Shown here piece after piece: positions 9,655 through 19,441 of a stretch of DNA of 64,000 nucleotides. This DNA is from an uncultured delta proteobacterium (lineage in GTDB: Bacteria; Desulfobacterota; Binatia; UBA9968). Location of the stretch: positions 1-64,000 of the forward strand of contig CAWJZV010000041.1 in NCBI GenBank assembly GCA_963847445.1, in the 5' to 3' direction. Every line of letters starts with the position of its first letter. The stretch's first letter is position 1. Both the position numbers and the translations under genes were made by a program. Below the pieces are notes generated by a model. It saw nothing but the letters and a program-made list of their open reading frames with translations. It was not told the DNA's origin and ran no database searches.

Positions 9655-10725
9655 TTAGGATTCGGATGCGGGACCGCCGGCCGGCAAGCCGTATTTCTTG
9701 CGAATTTGCGTGAGAAAATCTTGCGCCGGTTTCGGAATCGAGGTGAGTTTCTTGATCAACGCCTCGGTTTGCTCCCCTGAGTTGAGCGACCAGGACTCGC
9801 CGAAAAATTTTGTCGCCAAGGCTTTAAAGTCGTCGTCTTTATTCATCCTTATGAAACCTTCGCGCAAGGCCGCGACGACGTTTTCGGGAGTTTTTGGCGG
9901 TGCGACGATGAATTTGTCCAAGTCTTCCGAATTGGCCCAGGCCTGATACGCGTCCCAGGAAACTCCACTGGGTTTTTTAGTGCCGAGGTATTCCTTGAAG
10001 GTCGGCACGTCACGAAAATCCGCGCGCCGTTCTTCATCCTGCTGATAGAGCATTTCGACAAAGCCTTCTTTGCGCATGTCCGAGATCAGCCGGGAATTTG
10101 ACGTCGCCCAAAGGTCGATTTCGCCCTGGCGCATAGCCAGCGAAAGCTCCCGACTGCCTTTGTAGCCGTAAAGCCAACGGAGATTCCAATTGAGATATTC
10201 GGCGCTCCAGACGGTCATCGACACCCAGGTGCGGATACCGTCGGTGTCGCCGACAACCAACTTGCGCGATTTCGCATCCGTCAGAGAATCTTTCACTTCC
10301 TTGCGCACCATCAGGATACTGCCGCCGCGGGCGATGGAGCCGACCGGACGGTTTTTGCGGTGATCATATTTGATGCGCGAACCGCCGCGGTTCATGTTGC
10401 CGATGGCGGAAGAGGAGTCTTGCAGCAAGGTCAGGCCGTCGGGTTTGGCGTTGGCGTAGAAATGGTTGTTGGCGATGGTGCCGCCGCCGCCGGGCATGTT
10501 CTGCACGACCGTGACCGGGTTGCCGGGCAAGTACTTCGGCAGGAATTGCGAAATCAAACGGCCCGCGGTGTCGGTGCCGCCGCCGGGGCTGGATGAAATG
10601 AGGATGGTCAGCGTCTTGCCTTGAAACGAGACCGGGGCGTTGGCGGCGAACAGTGTCGACTTCGAGATCGCGCAAGTGAGAAAAACGACGACTAGGCAGT
10701 AGCGTGAAAAGTTTCTCGATTGCAT
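9655..10725 (-). CDS. tctC: TctC/Bug substrate-binding protein
   Basis: SSPGGGTD, VQNMPGGGG, KPDGLTL, GYKG; likely start ATG 10725 after AAGGA; the upstream ORF extension runs through a repeat. Confidence 0.85.
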   Translation of the reverse strand: MQSRNFSRYCLVVVFLTCAISKSTLFAANAPVSFQGKTLTILISSSPGGGTDTAGRLISQFLPKYLPGNPVTVVQNMPGGGGTIANNHFYANAKPDGLTLLQDSSSAIGNMNRGGSRIKYDHRKNRPVGSIARGGSILMVRKEVKDSLTDAKSRKLVVGDTDGIRTWVSMTVWSAEYLNWNLRWLYGYKGSRELSLAMRQGEIDLWATSNSRLISDMRKEGFVEMLYQQDEERRADFRDVPTFKEYLGTKKPSGVSWDAYQAWANSEDLDKFIVAPPKTPENVVAALREGFIRMNKDDDFKALATKFFGESWSLNSGEQTEALIKKLTSIPKPAQDFLTQIRKKYGLPAGGPASES

Positions 10726-10774
10726 AATTTTTGTCCTTAAATGGGCGGCACCCATTCCTGGCCCTCCTCCGTCG

Positions 10775-10870
10775 GAGACTATGTCGCAATTCGCAAGAAT
10801 CCTACGACTGACACTTACGAAGACGAGATTCCTCGGCTTCGCCTCGGAATGACAATAACGACATAGTCTC
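10775..10870. mobile_element. MITE-like element with 12-bp terminal inverted repeats containing a REP-like unit
   Basis: GAGACTATGTCG (10775-10786) and CGACATAGTCTC (10859-10870) are exact reverse complements; internal GAGATTCCTCGGCTTCGCCTCGGAATGAC. Confidence 0.55.
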
Positions 10871-10945
10871 TCGATGGGAAAGGGATCGGATGAGGGTCGA
10901 TTCATGTTCATCTGAGCAATGACACAAAGCGATATTCGCGAATAT

Positions 10946-11860
10946 TTAAGTTCTGTAAAGGTTGTCGATGAAGCCGCTGTCGTCGATTTTTCTCAGATGG
11001 TGGAAGTCCCACAGCGCCATGGGGTCGCACTTCTCGGCGGCTTTGTTTTGCTCGATGGCGATTTCGTAAACGTTGGAGATCGCCGGGAGGGTCGCGTAGG
11101 GCTTGGCTTGCAAGATCAGCTTCAAGATCGTCGTATAGGTGGGTTGCCGTCTCGTCGTCGAGCTCGCCTTCGGCTTTGTATTTGTCTTTGATGATCTTGA
11201 TGCACTCGGCGCGGTGGGTTTTGAAATAGGCGATGCCTTCGCAGATGCCGCGCAGCATCTTGTCGACGATGTCGGGATGCTTTTCGACGAACATCGAGCT
11301 GCTCGACACGGTGGTGAACCAGACCATCGGCAAGAACGACACGTCGATCACCTTCAGGCCGGCGCGCTTGGATAAGAATATCCGCCGGCGGCGTGACGAA
11401 GGCGGCATCGGCTTCGCCGTCGCGCACCGCTTCCCAATGAAACTTGCTGCCCTTGGTTTTCTCGACATGGCAGTCGTTGAGCAGGCCGGCTTGTTTGATG
11501 AACAGCCAGGTATTCAAGCCCGGATGATTGCCCTTGGTGGCGATGTGTCTTGCCTTTCAAGTCGGCCAGTTTGTTGATGCCCGAGTCGGCGCGCACGACC
11601 AAACGATGATTCAACAGGCTGACGGTTTGGCCCAGGTAAACCCATTTGTCGCCGGCCGGACGGCGGATGTAGGGCGATAAATGATTGCCGCCGACGAACT
11701 CGACGGAGCCGTTGGCGACGTTGTCATGCGAGTCCGCCGAGGTAATCTCGTAATCGTAATTCACGTCCAGTCCATGCTTGGCCCAGGAGCCCGACTCGTG
11801 CACGACATGCAGGAACGGCAGATGGCTGTCCGAGCGATAGGGGAAATTTACTTTATCCAT
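10946..11860 (-). CDS. NMT1/SsuA-fold protein lacking a signal peptide, frameshifted
   Basis: AAAGGAGG RBS; SWAKHGLDV, SGINKLADLKGK, FVEKHPDIV, C-terminal DDSGFIDNLY. Confidence 0.7.
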
Positions 11861-11917
11861 GATGGGGTCCTCCTTTGTCGTTGGACCATATTTCTTGTCG
11901 GCACTGGCGTCAACTGT

Positions 11918-11934
11918 TGCCGCGTATGCGCCAA
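11918..11934 (-). promoter_or_regulatory. Possible sigma54 -24/-12 promoter
   Basis: Minus strand TTGGCGC-ATACG-CGGCA (GG-N10-GC) about 60 bp upstream of the operon start; -12 element is weak. Confidence 0.3.
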
Positions 11935-12091
11935 ATCACGGGTGTTTTGCAGTTGATATCGAAATCATCCCGGGAGACCGCAACTCGCCAATGCTTTACC
12001 GGGTGTGAGCGCGGCGGTATCACCGAGCAGGATGTTGAGACGCGTCGATGCGTTCGCTAGCGCCGGCTTGTGAACTGCTTCCCGGTCCAGC

Positions 12092-13791
12092 TCATGCCCT
12101 GAAGATTTCGCCCATGCGCCGGCCAAAAAAGCGACCGGCGATGAAAAGACTTCCAGACAAAAGTAACAGGCCCAACATGCCCATGGCGCTAGCGATATAT
12201 GGCCCGTCCGCGATGCGCCCGAGCAGCGCATAAATGGCTTTTGTTATGGGGTAATTCGGCTCCTTCGAAGCGAGGATGAGACTGTCGCTTACCTCAAGCA
12301 TGGCGAACGAAAACGCCAACACCGCGCCCGCGATCAAATTGGCAAATATCAACGGCATGGTAATTTGAAAAAGAGTTTTCATGGGACTCGCGCCCAGGTT
12401 GATCGACGCCTCTTCGAGCGCGACGCTGGTTTGCTGAAAGCCCGCATAGGCGGCGCGCACCATGTAGGGCAGGCGGCGAACCGCGTAAGCGATCACCAGC
12501 AAGGGAACCGGATTTATGCGAGCGTCGAGCGGGGTTGCCGAGAACGCAGCGACATAACCGAAAGCCAAAACGAGACCGGGCAGAGCCAGGGGAAGCATCG
12601 CAAGAGCGTCCAGGACGCCGCGACCAGGGACGCGCTTGCGCGCCAAAAGGTAAGCGATGGCAACCCCGAGAACGACGTCGATGATCGTGCTCAGGCTGCT
12701 GAGCAGGAGACTGTTCTTGATGCTGCGGAGCGTGAGGTCGTGGCTGAACACATCTTGATAAAACTTAAGGGTGTATTCGGCGGGCAGAACGGTTAAAAAC
12801 CAGCGCTGGGTCACCGACGTCAGCAATACCCCCAAATGAGGAATGAGGGCGAGTGCCGATACGCCCAGGACGAATGCGTAAGCGACCACGGTCATGGTGG
12901 CTGAAGCCGGGCGCGCGGCGGAAGTGACATGACCGCGGCCGAGCATCTCGTAACGCGCCACCGCCGAGAATGCGTTTGGACAGGTAAAAGAAAAAAAGCG
13001 TCACCACGATGACGGCCACGACGAAGGCGTAGCCCATGGGATTTTGATGCAGGTCGGTCACCATGTTGAAAATCTGCACGGCAATGACCTCGCGGTATTC
13101 AAAAACCAGCGGGCGTGCCAAGATCGGTGAACGCCCAAATGAACACGATGATCGCCCCGGCAAAATAACCGGGAAGCATCAACGGAAAAGTAACCGTGGT
13201 AAACAGCTTGAATCTATTGGCGCCCGAGGTTTTTAGCCGCTTCCTCGAGACTGGGGTCGACGTTCGCCAAGGCCGCCGCTAGATTCAAATACATGATCGG
13301 GTAGAGATGGAGCGCCTCGAGAATCACCACGCCCCAAAAACTTCCGCCGCCGAGCCAGTCGATGGGCTGGTCGATCACGCCCATTTGCAGCAGCAACAGA
13401 TTGACGGAGCCAAAACGGGCCAACAACTGGCGCATGCCGATGGCCCCGACGAACGGCGGCAGCACCATGGGAATCAAATCAGACCGGTCAATAGACCCTT
13501 GCCGGGAAAATTGTAGCGCACCAGGAGCAGGGCCAGGGGAAGACTGAGGACAGTCGTAAATAGCGTCACCGCCAAGCCCAAATTGACGCTGTTGGCCAGG
13601 ATGATGGTATTGTTCGGGCTGGAAAACATCAGCTTCATGAACACCAGCGAAAAACCGTTCTCCGTGAAAAAGGCATTGGAGAAAACGTAACCGAGGGGAT
13701 AGAGCATGAAGACGATAAAAAACAACCAGAGAAAGAGCAGCACCACGCCATTGGCGAGGTTCAAATCATAGCGACGCAGCCAGTTAGTCAC
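12092..13791 (-). CDS. Fe(III)/thiamine-type ABC transporter permease (FbpB-like), frameshifted
   Basis: Two permease repeats with SLEEAAKNLG and ALEEASINLGA EAA motifs; LPPFVGA. Confidence 0.85.
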
Positions 13792-14896
13792 CGAGACTCC
13801 TCCTCGGGCAACACGACCACAGCTTGGGCATCGAACTGCAGCGCCAGCTCGATCTCCCACCTGAGCTTTCCTCGGTGGCTGGTTAAATTCCACGGCGCGC
13901 ACCACCGAGTCGTCCGGCGAGGCGCAAGCTGATATTGTTCGTTGTCGCCGAGGTACATGATGCTTCTGTACCTCGGCGGTCAACTCGTTGATGGCACCGT
14001 CGGCTGGTCTGCCGCTTGATTCCGGGGTGGAAGTCAGGCGCAGAGATTCCGGCCGCACCGAGCACAAAACCGGCGCTCCTCGGGCGATTCCCTTGGCGCC
14101 GTTTCTCGCATGCACGAGGCCGGCTTGAGTTTTTACCGTTAGCCGGTCTCCCGCCTCTTCCAGCGTTCCGCGTAATAGATTCGTGCCGCCTATGAATTGG
14201 GCGACAAACGCCGAGTCGCGGTCGATTATAAAGCTCGCGAGGTGTTCCCGCCTGAACGACCCGGCCGCGGCGCATCACCGCGATGCGATCCGCCATGGAC
14301 AACGCTTCGGCTTGATCGTGGGTAACGTAGATCATCGTGCGGCCGATTTTACGGTGGATCTCTTTGATCTGCGTGCGCATGTCTACTCGCAGCTTGGCGT
14401 CGAGATTGGACAAAGGCTCGTCGAGTAAGACGACGTCCGGCTCGATGACCAAGGCCCGGGCGAGCGCGACCCGTTGCTGCTGGCCGCCGGAAAGTTGATT
14501 GGGCATGCGCTCGGCAAAGGCCTGCATCTGGACGATTTCCAGAGCGTGCCGGACTCGTTGTTGTTTTTCCGTATCCGAGACGCGGCGCATCTTCAGCCCG
14601 TAGGCGACGTTGCTTTGGACGTCCATATGGGGCCACAGGGCGTAGTTTTGAAAAACCATCCCGGTATTGCGTTTGTGCGGCGGCACCCGGCTTTGATCTT
14701 TGCCGTTAAAAAGAATGCGCCCTTCCTCGGGGGTGTAAAACCCCGCAACCGAACGCAGTGCCGTGGTTTTGCCGCATCCCGACGGCCCCAAAAGGAAGAA
14801 CAACTCCCCGCCAGCGATGTCCAGTGTCAGATGGTCGACTGCTTTGCATTGGCCAAGGATCTTGGTGACCGACTCGAATGCCACGCTAACCGTCAT
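13788..14896 (-). CDS. ABC transporter ATPase (FbpC/PotA-like), frameshifted
   Basis: GPSGCGKTT, LSGGQQQR, LLDEPLSNLD, YVTHDQ; TOBE-like VRPE segment. Confidence 0.9.
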
Positions 14897-14915
14897 GAAA
14901 TAACGCTCCCGGCGA

Positions 14916-16361
14916 TCACCGCCGTTTTTTCCAGCCGTACGCTACCAGGCCGAGCGAGAGAAAAGCAAAGGCCAACAGGCTATACCATTCCGCGCGTATG
15001 ATGGGCGGCCTGACGCCCAACAGATATTTGCTTCGCGCAAAATGGATCCAGTCGTTGACTTTCTGATTGCGAAACTCAGGGTTCTTCCACTTCGTCTTCG
15101 CCAACGTCAAAGCCTCGTCGCCGGAGATCGGCATAGCGGCCAGCCTTTGCCATTCCCGTTCAGTCAAACCGCCTTTATCCAACGCCTGTTTCCAGGCTCG
15201 AGTCAGGAGGTGCTTTTGGTCGATCACCAAAGCGCCCATTAAGTCATTGACGATGGACCAGCGCTGGGCGCCCAACTCCGGGTCAAACGCAAAGTCAGAT
15301 GGCCAGGAGAAAGGATTGAGCTTGACCGCCATGAGCTGGGGTGACAGCTCATACAAGGACGGCAACACGCTGAAGCGGTTGAGTTGAAAACGCTGCGGGC
15401 CGCCTGCTGCTTTGGCAACTAACAGCCAGAGCTTTTGCCCTGCCTCGGACATCACGAAGCGGATGAAGGCTTTGGCAACTTCGGGGTTGGGTGAGCGCCT
15501 TCAAGATTGCCGATCGCGTCCGGCGTAATGATCGTTAGATTGTCAGGCATGACAAATCCGATCTTATCGGCCCCGGCTTCCTTGACTTGAGCCCAGGCGT
15601 AAAAATCAATCGCCAAACCGTAAGCAACTTCTCCGATCGCCACGTCTTTAGGAATTTGACTCGCGGAATTGGTGAAACTGCGCACATTGGCTCCCAAGGC
15701 GGTGATGATCTTCCAGCCTTTCTCCCAGCCATAGGCCTGCAAAATAATTTCGTAAACCATGTGCACGCTGCCGCTCTTACGCGGATCGGAGGACCCCACC
15801 CAGCCAAACGCCCGGGGCGATGCTAAATCTTCCCAGGTGTTGATGACCGGTAATTTCGTCAGTCCCAGAACGACCTTATTGTAGACGATGCCAAAGCCCG
15901 CCAAGGTGGCGCCATACCAAGTGTGGTCCGGATCGTATAAGCGGCACACCGGCCAGCCGCTGGGGAATTTTTTCGAGAAGCTCTTTGGGTAAGACGTAGG
16001 GTTCAAGAAGCTTGGCTTTCTTTAAAGACAGATAGGGGTCATAGCCGCCGCCAAAAAAGATATCGATGCCAATGCCCGCCGGCTTGTTTTTGTATTCCGA
16101 TTCCAGATAGCGAAGCGTTTCCGAGCTGCCGCCAACGTCCATCCAGTCGAGTTCCACGGTTCGTCCCGTATCGCGCTGATAGTGCGCCTTAAACGCGCGT
16201 TCGAACTCATATCGGATCCCCTCCCAATGAGGAGAAATCAACGCGAGCTTGTCGGCAGATACGATGGCGGGGGAACTGTGGATGAGCAAATACGCCAGCA
16301 GCGGAGCGAGTCGAAAAATTCGCCGCTTAATTCGAAACGGCCGGTAGGGCGCCCTATTCAT
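14916..16361 (-). CDS. Fe(III)/thiamine-type ABC substrate-binding protein with C-terminal extension and TM tail, frameshifted
   Basis: DIFFGGG, GFGIVYN, TWEDL, DPRKSGS; ends WYSLLAFAFLSLGLVAYGWKKRR. Confidence 0.8.
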
Positions 16362-16850
16362 GGGATTGCACCCGAACCGTGCGAGTCAAGATCGGTGCAG
16401 AAATTGGTCTTATCAAAGAAGCTCACCGATCCTCACCGCGCGGCAGTCGTCCGCGTCCTCGTTATGAGTTTGTTTTTCTCGCTGCGCGTCCGGCTCTTCG
16501 TCGGATGCTACAGCGGCGGCATCACGAATTGCTGTCCTGGACTGGCATGGTCCTGTTATCCTTTGTCTTCGATGAACCCGTTTTACTTGGATAGGTCTGG
16601 CTGCCAAGCTTCAGGGCCGCAGTCGAGCAATGTGAAAAAGGTTCAGCCGTCTATAACCGAGTGTACCAGCTGTGGTCAAGTAAGAATTTGGCAAATGTTG
16701 TAGCAAAGTGCTTATGACGCCGCCGTGGCAATTGAAAACCGCTAGTGATGTCGCAACTGGCAGGGATTTTAAGAAAAAACAGATTACCAAATCATGACGC
16801 GATTTCTTCGTTGCAGCCAGTTGGGGCTGGCAGGAATATTTTCCTGAGAA

Positions 16851-17872
16851 TTATTTTTGAGCGGAGCTGGTCGAGCGCGCCAATTCGTCATCGATGACCC
16901 GCGCGAAGACTTCGACAGGCTGGGCGCCGGAAATCAGCCTGCCGTTGATAAAGAATGCCGGCGTGCCGGTGACACCGGCGCGATTTCCTTCCTCGATATC
17001 TTGCTTAATCGCGGCCTGATACTTTCCGCTACCCAGGCAGGTTTCAAACGCAACCGCGTCCAGCCCCACTTCCTTGGCCAATCCCTTAAAGAGTTCTGGA
17101 CTAGCATTAGACGGACCGGCAAAGAGCTTGTCATGATAAAGCCAGAATTTCCCCTGCTCGTTGGCGCAGCGCGCCGCTTCGTGGGCTTTGGTCGCTCCTG
17201 GGTGCAGGCTCTCGATCGGGAAGTCGCGGAAGACCAGTTTAATTTTTTCGCCGTATTGGGACTCCAGCTGTGCTAGCGTGGGTATCACCCGCCGGCAAAA
17301 GGGACAATGGAAGTCGGAAAATTCGACGATAGTCACCGGCGCCTTTCGCCTCCCTTGAAAGGAGCCCCTTGGACCGACACCTCGACGCGAAAGACTGGCG
17401 GCGGCTTTAGATTGACCACGATCTTCAGCTTGCGAGCGCAGCAATCTGAGTAACTCTTCGCGCTTGGCCGAGAGCTTTTGGTTCTGTAAGTAAAGCTCTG
17501 ATCTGCTCCCGGAGCCTGCGCCTGCTCGCCTTTAATTTGCGCTTTATTGTCCTGGTAGAATTTTTCGATCTCCTGCTCGGTGACCAGGCCGACTTTCGCC
17601 GTCACTTCAGCGTCAAGCAGTGCCGGCACCGTAAGCTGTCGCCGGCCGGCTTCCTTTTCCAAAAGCTTGTCGTTGATCAGCGCGTCGAGGCGCTGGCGTT
17701 TCAAGTTGTAAATCTGCTCTTCGAGCTTGCTTAACTGGCCTGCGAGACTTTTCTCGACCTCCTCGGAGCTGATCACCACGCCGTCGACTACAGCGAGCGG
17801 TGCGTCGGCCGCATGGGCTGTGAAAGGGAATCCGAGCCCCGCCAAAAACAGTAAGATCCAAAGAGCCGTCAT
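16851..17872 (-). CDS. DsbA/DsbG-family thioredoxin-fold protein with N-terminal SurA-like helical domain, frameshifted
   Basis: Signal peptide; EFSDFHCPFC, FRDFP, GVTGTPAFFING. Confidence 0.88.
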
Positions 17873-18569
17873 GGGAGATTATCCTTATTCTTCTACAGAT
17901 TTAGACCGATTGATTGAGGCAAGTCTCACACGTCGCAGGTATCTCTGCAAGAAAACCCGAGACGACTCGATCTCCATCATCACTTTCATCACATCGGTGA
18001 TGTCTCTATCGCCGACGTTTTGATCGTTACCTGTGACACTGAGGGCTACAATGAGAGGGAAAAGGTTAATGACACCTTTTCCCCTTTGCCATAATCAATT
18101 TGCTACAATAGAGAAAAGACTTCGATCCATTCCTTACGCAAAGTTTTCTCATCTGTTGTAAAATCTAAGGCGTCGTAACCCTGCCTGCCTCTCACCCGTC
18201 GATGAAAATGCTGCATTTCCTAGCTTCCCCTTTATGGAAACGCCAGTCATGTTACAAAACTTCATATTCAGGACAATCGAATCGAATTCGAGCAATTGAT
18301 CGAATTCAAGCAAGTGATTGGCAAAGCGACCTACTACGACAAAGTAAGGTCTTGCCAATCATACGAGCGCGTATATCCGCGCCTGTAGCCGGTTAGGTCG
18401 GCCGTGCATCGTTGCGCTAAGCTGGCTTCCGTCCCGGGTGTGCTTCGGGTGCGCTGTCAACTGCTTTTAAGGGATCGTCCTGTGAACTCGCCCCGGAATT
18501 CCTCGACGCAATATTTTCCTATGTAAAAGGTCTACAGCGGTAATTGCTCTTGCTCCTTTCTCACCCTAT

Positions 18570-19304
18570 TTATAACTGCGGGCACTGGCCATTCACTACC
18601 GTGTCAAGGTCGCAACAGGAATACGGAAGTTTATCTCCGGGACGATAGCTGGTTAGGTCTACTGTGCATCGCTGTGCTAACTCGGCCTCTACTCCCGGTA
18701 CCGCGCATGTGCCGTTTGGATTACGGTCTATTGTATCGCAACACTGTGCTGTGTTGTCGAATCCGCCCGGGCAGACTAGAACCTGTGCGTTAAATACTTC
18801 GGCGGTAAAAGTAAGGAATGTCCAGTTGGGGTTGATGCAGATATCGTCGGTAAGGTCGGGATTGAGTATGACCTGACTGGGACACTTGCCGTTCCGCGAG
18901 CAAGTATCGATGTCCGCAGTCTGGCTTAGAAAAGCATTTAGAGTAAACGGTTGACCTTGGGCCTTGCGCGCGTTACCGGCCGGATTTACGCAAAAAGCTA
19001 TTCCTTGAATGGCGCAATCTGCGTCGATATCGTTGGGATTACACTGACCATCGCCAACATCTACTGTGCCAAAAGCCGAACCTGTGATAGTTGGGCAAGT
19101 GCCAAGATCTGGGTCACAATCTTTGATGTTGCCTACCCCAGTACTGATAGCGTCAAGAACTTCGCTACCCGTACTCCAGCTGAGGCATGTCTTTGAGCCC
19201 CCAACCGAGCGCCATCTCAGGCAGGTCTGAGCGTCCGCTTCGCTCCACGATATCGGTAACACGCTGATAGCGAGTAAAGCAATTATCAGTCGTCGACACT
19301 TCAT
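18570..19304 (-). CDS. Secreted cysteine-rich hypothetical protein
   Basis: AAGGAG RBS, signal peptide ending ADA|Q, 18 Cys in the mature part, intact 244-aa ORF in AT-richer DNA. Confidence 0.8.
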   Translation of the reverse strand: MKCRRLIIALLAISVLPISWSEADAQTCLRWRSVGGSKTCLSWSTGSEVLDAISTGVGNIKDCDPDLGTCPTITGSAFGTVDVGDGQCNPNDIDADCAIQGIAFCVNPAGNARKAQGQPFTLNAFLSQTADIDTCSRNGKCPSQVILNPDLTDDICINPNWTFLTFTAEVFNAQVLVCPGGFDNTAQCCDTIDRNPNGTCAVPGVEAELAQRCTVDLTSYRPGDKLPYSCCDLDTVVNGQCPQL

Positions 19305-19441
19305 AGCAATCTCCTTATTATCTAATCAATTAACTGTCGGTTCGCGCCCACAATGTTTGTACCAGCAACAAGCTCTACAGTGGGATAGCTGTGTCTCTGT
19401 CCCACCCTACCATGAGAAAACCGACGCCTCTCTGGCTTTCC

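Noticed and set aside
10726-10911. N-terminal extension of TctC
   Set aside because: It translates through repeat DNA; the RBS and signal peptide start at 10725.
18149-18396. Short ORFs with an 18-bp duplication in the AT-rich spacer
   Set aside because: No RBS or recognisable motif; possibly a decayed gene but unsupported.
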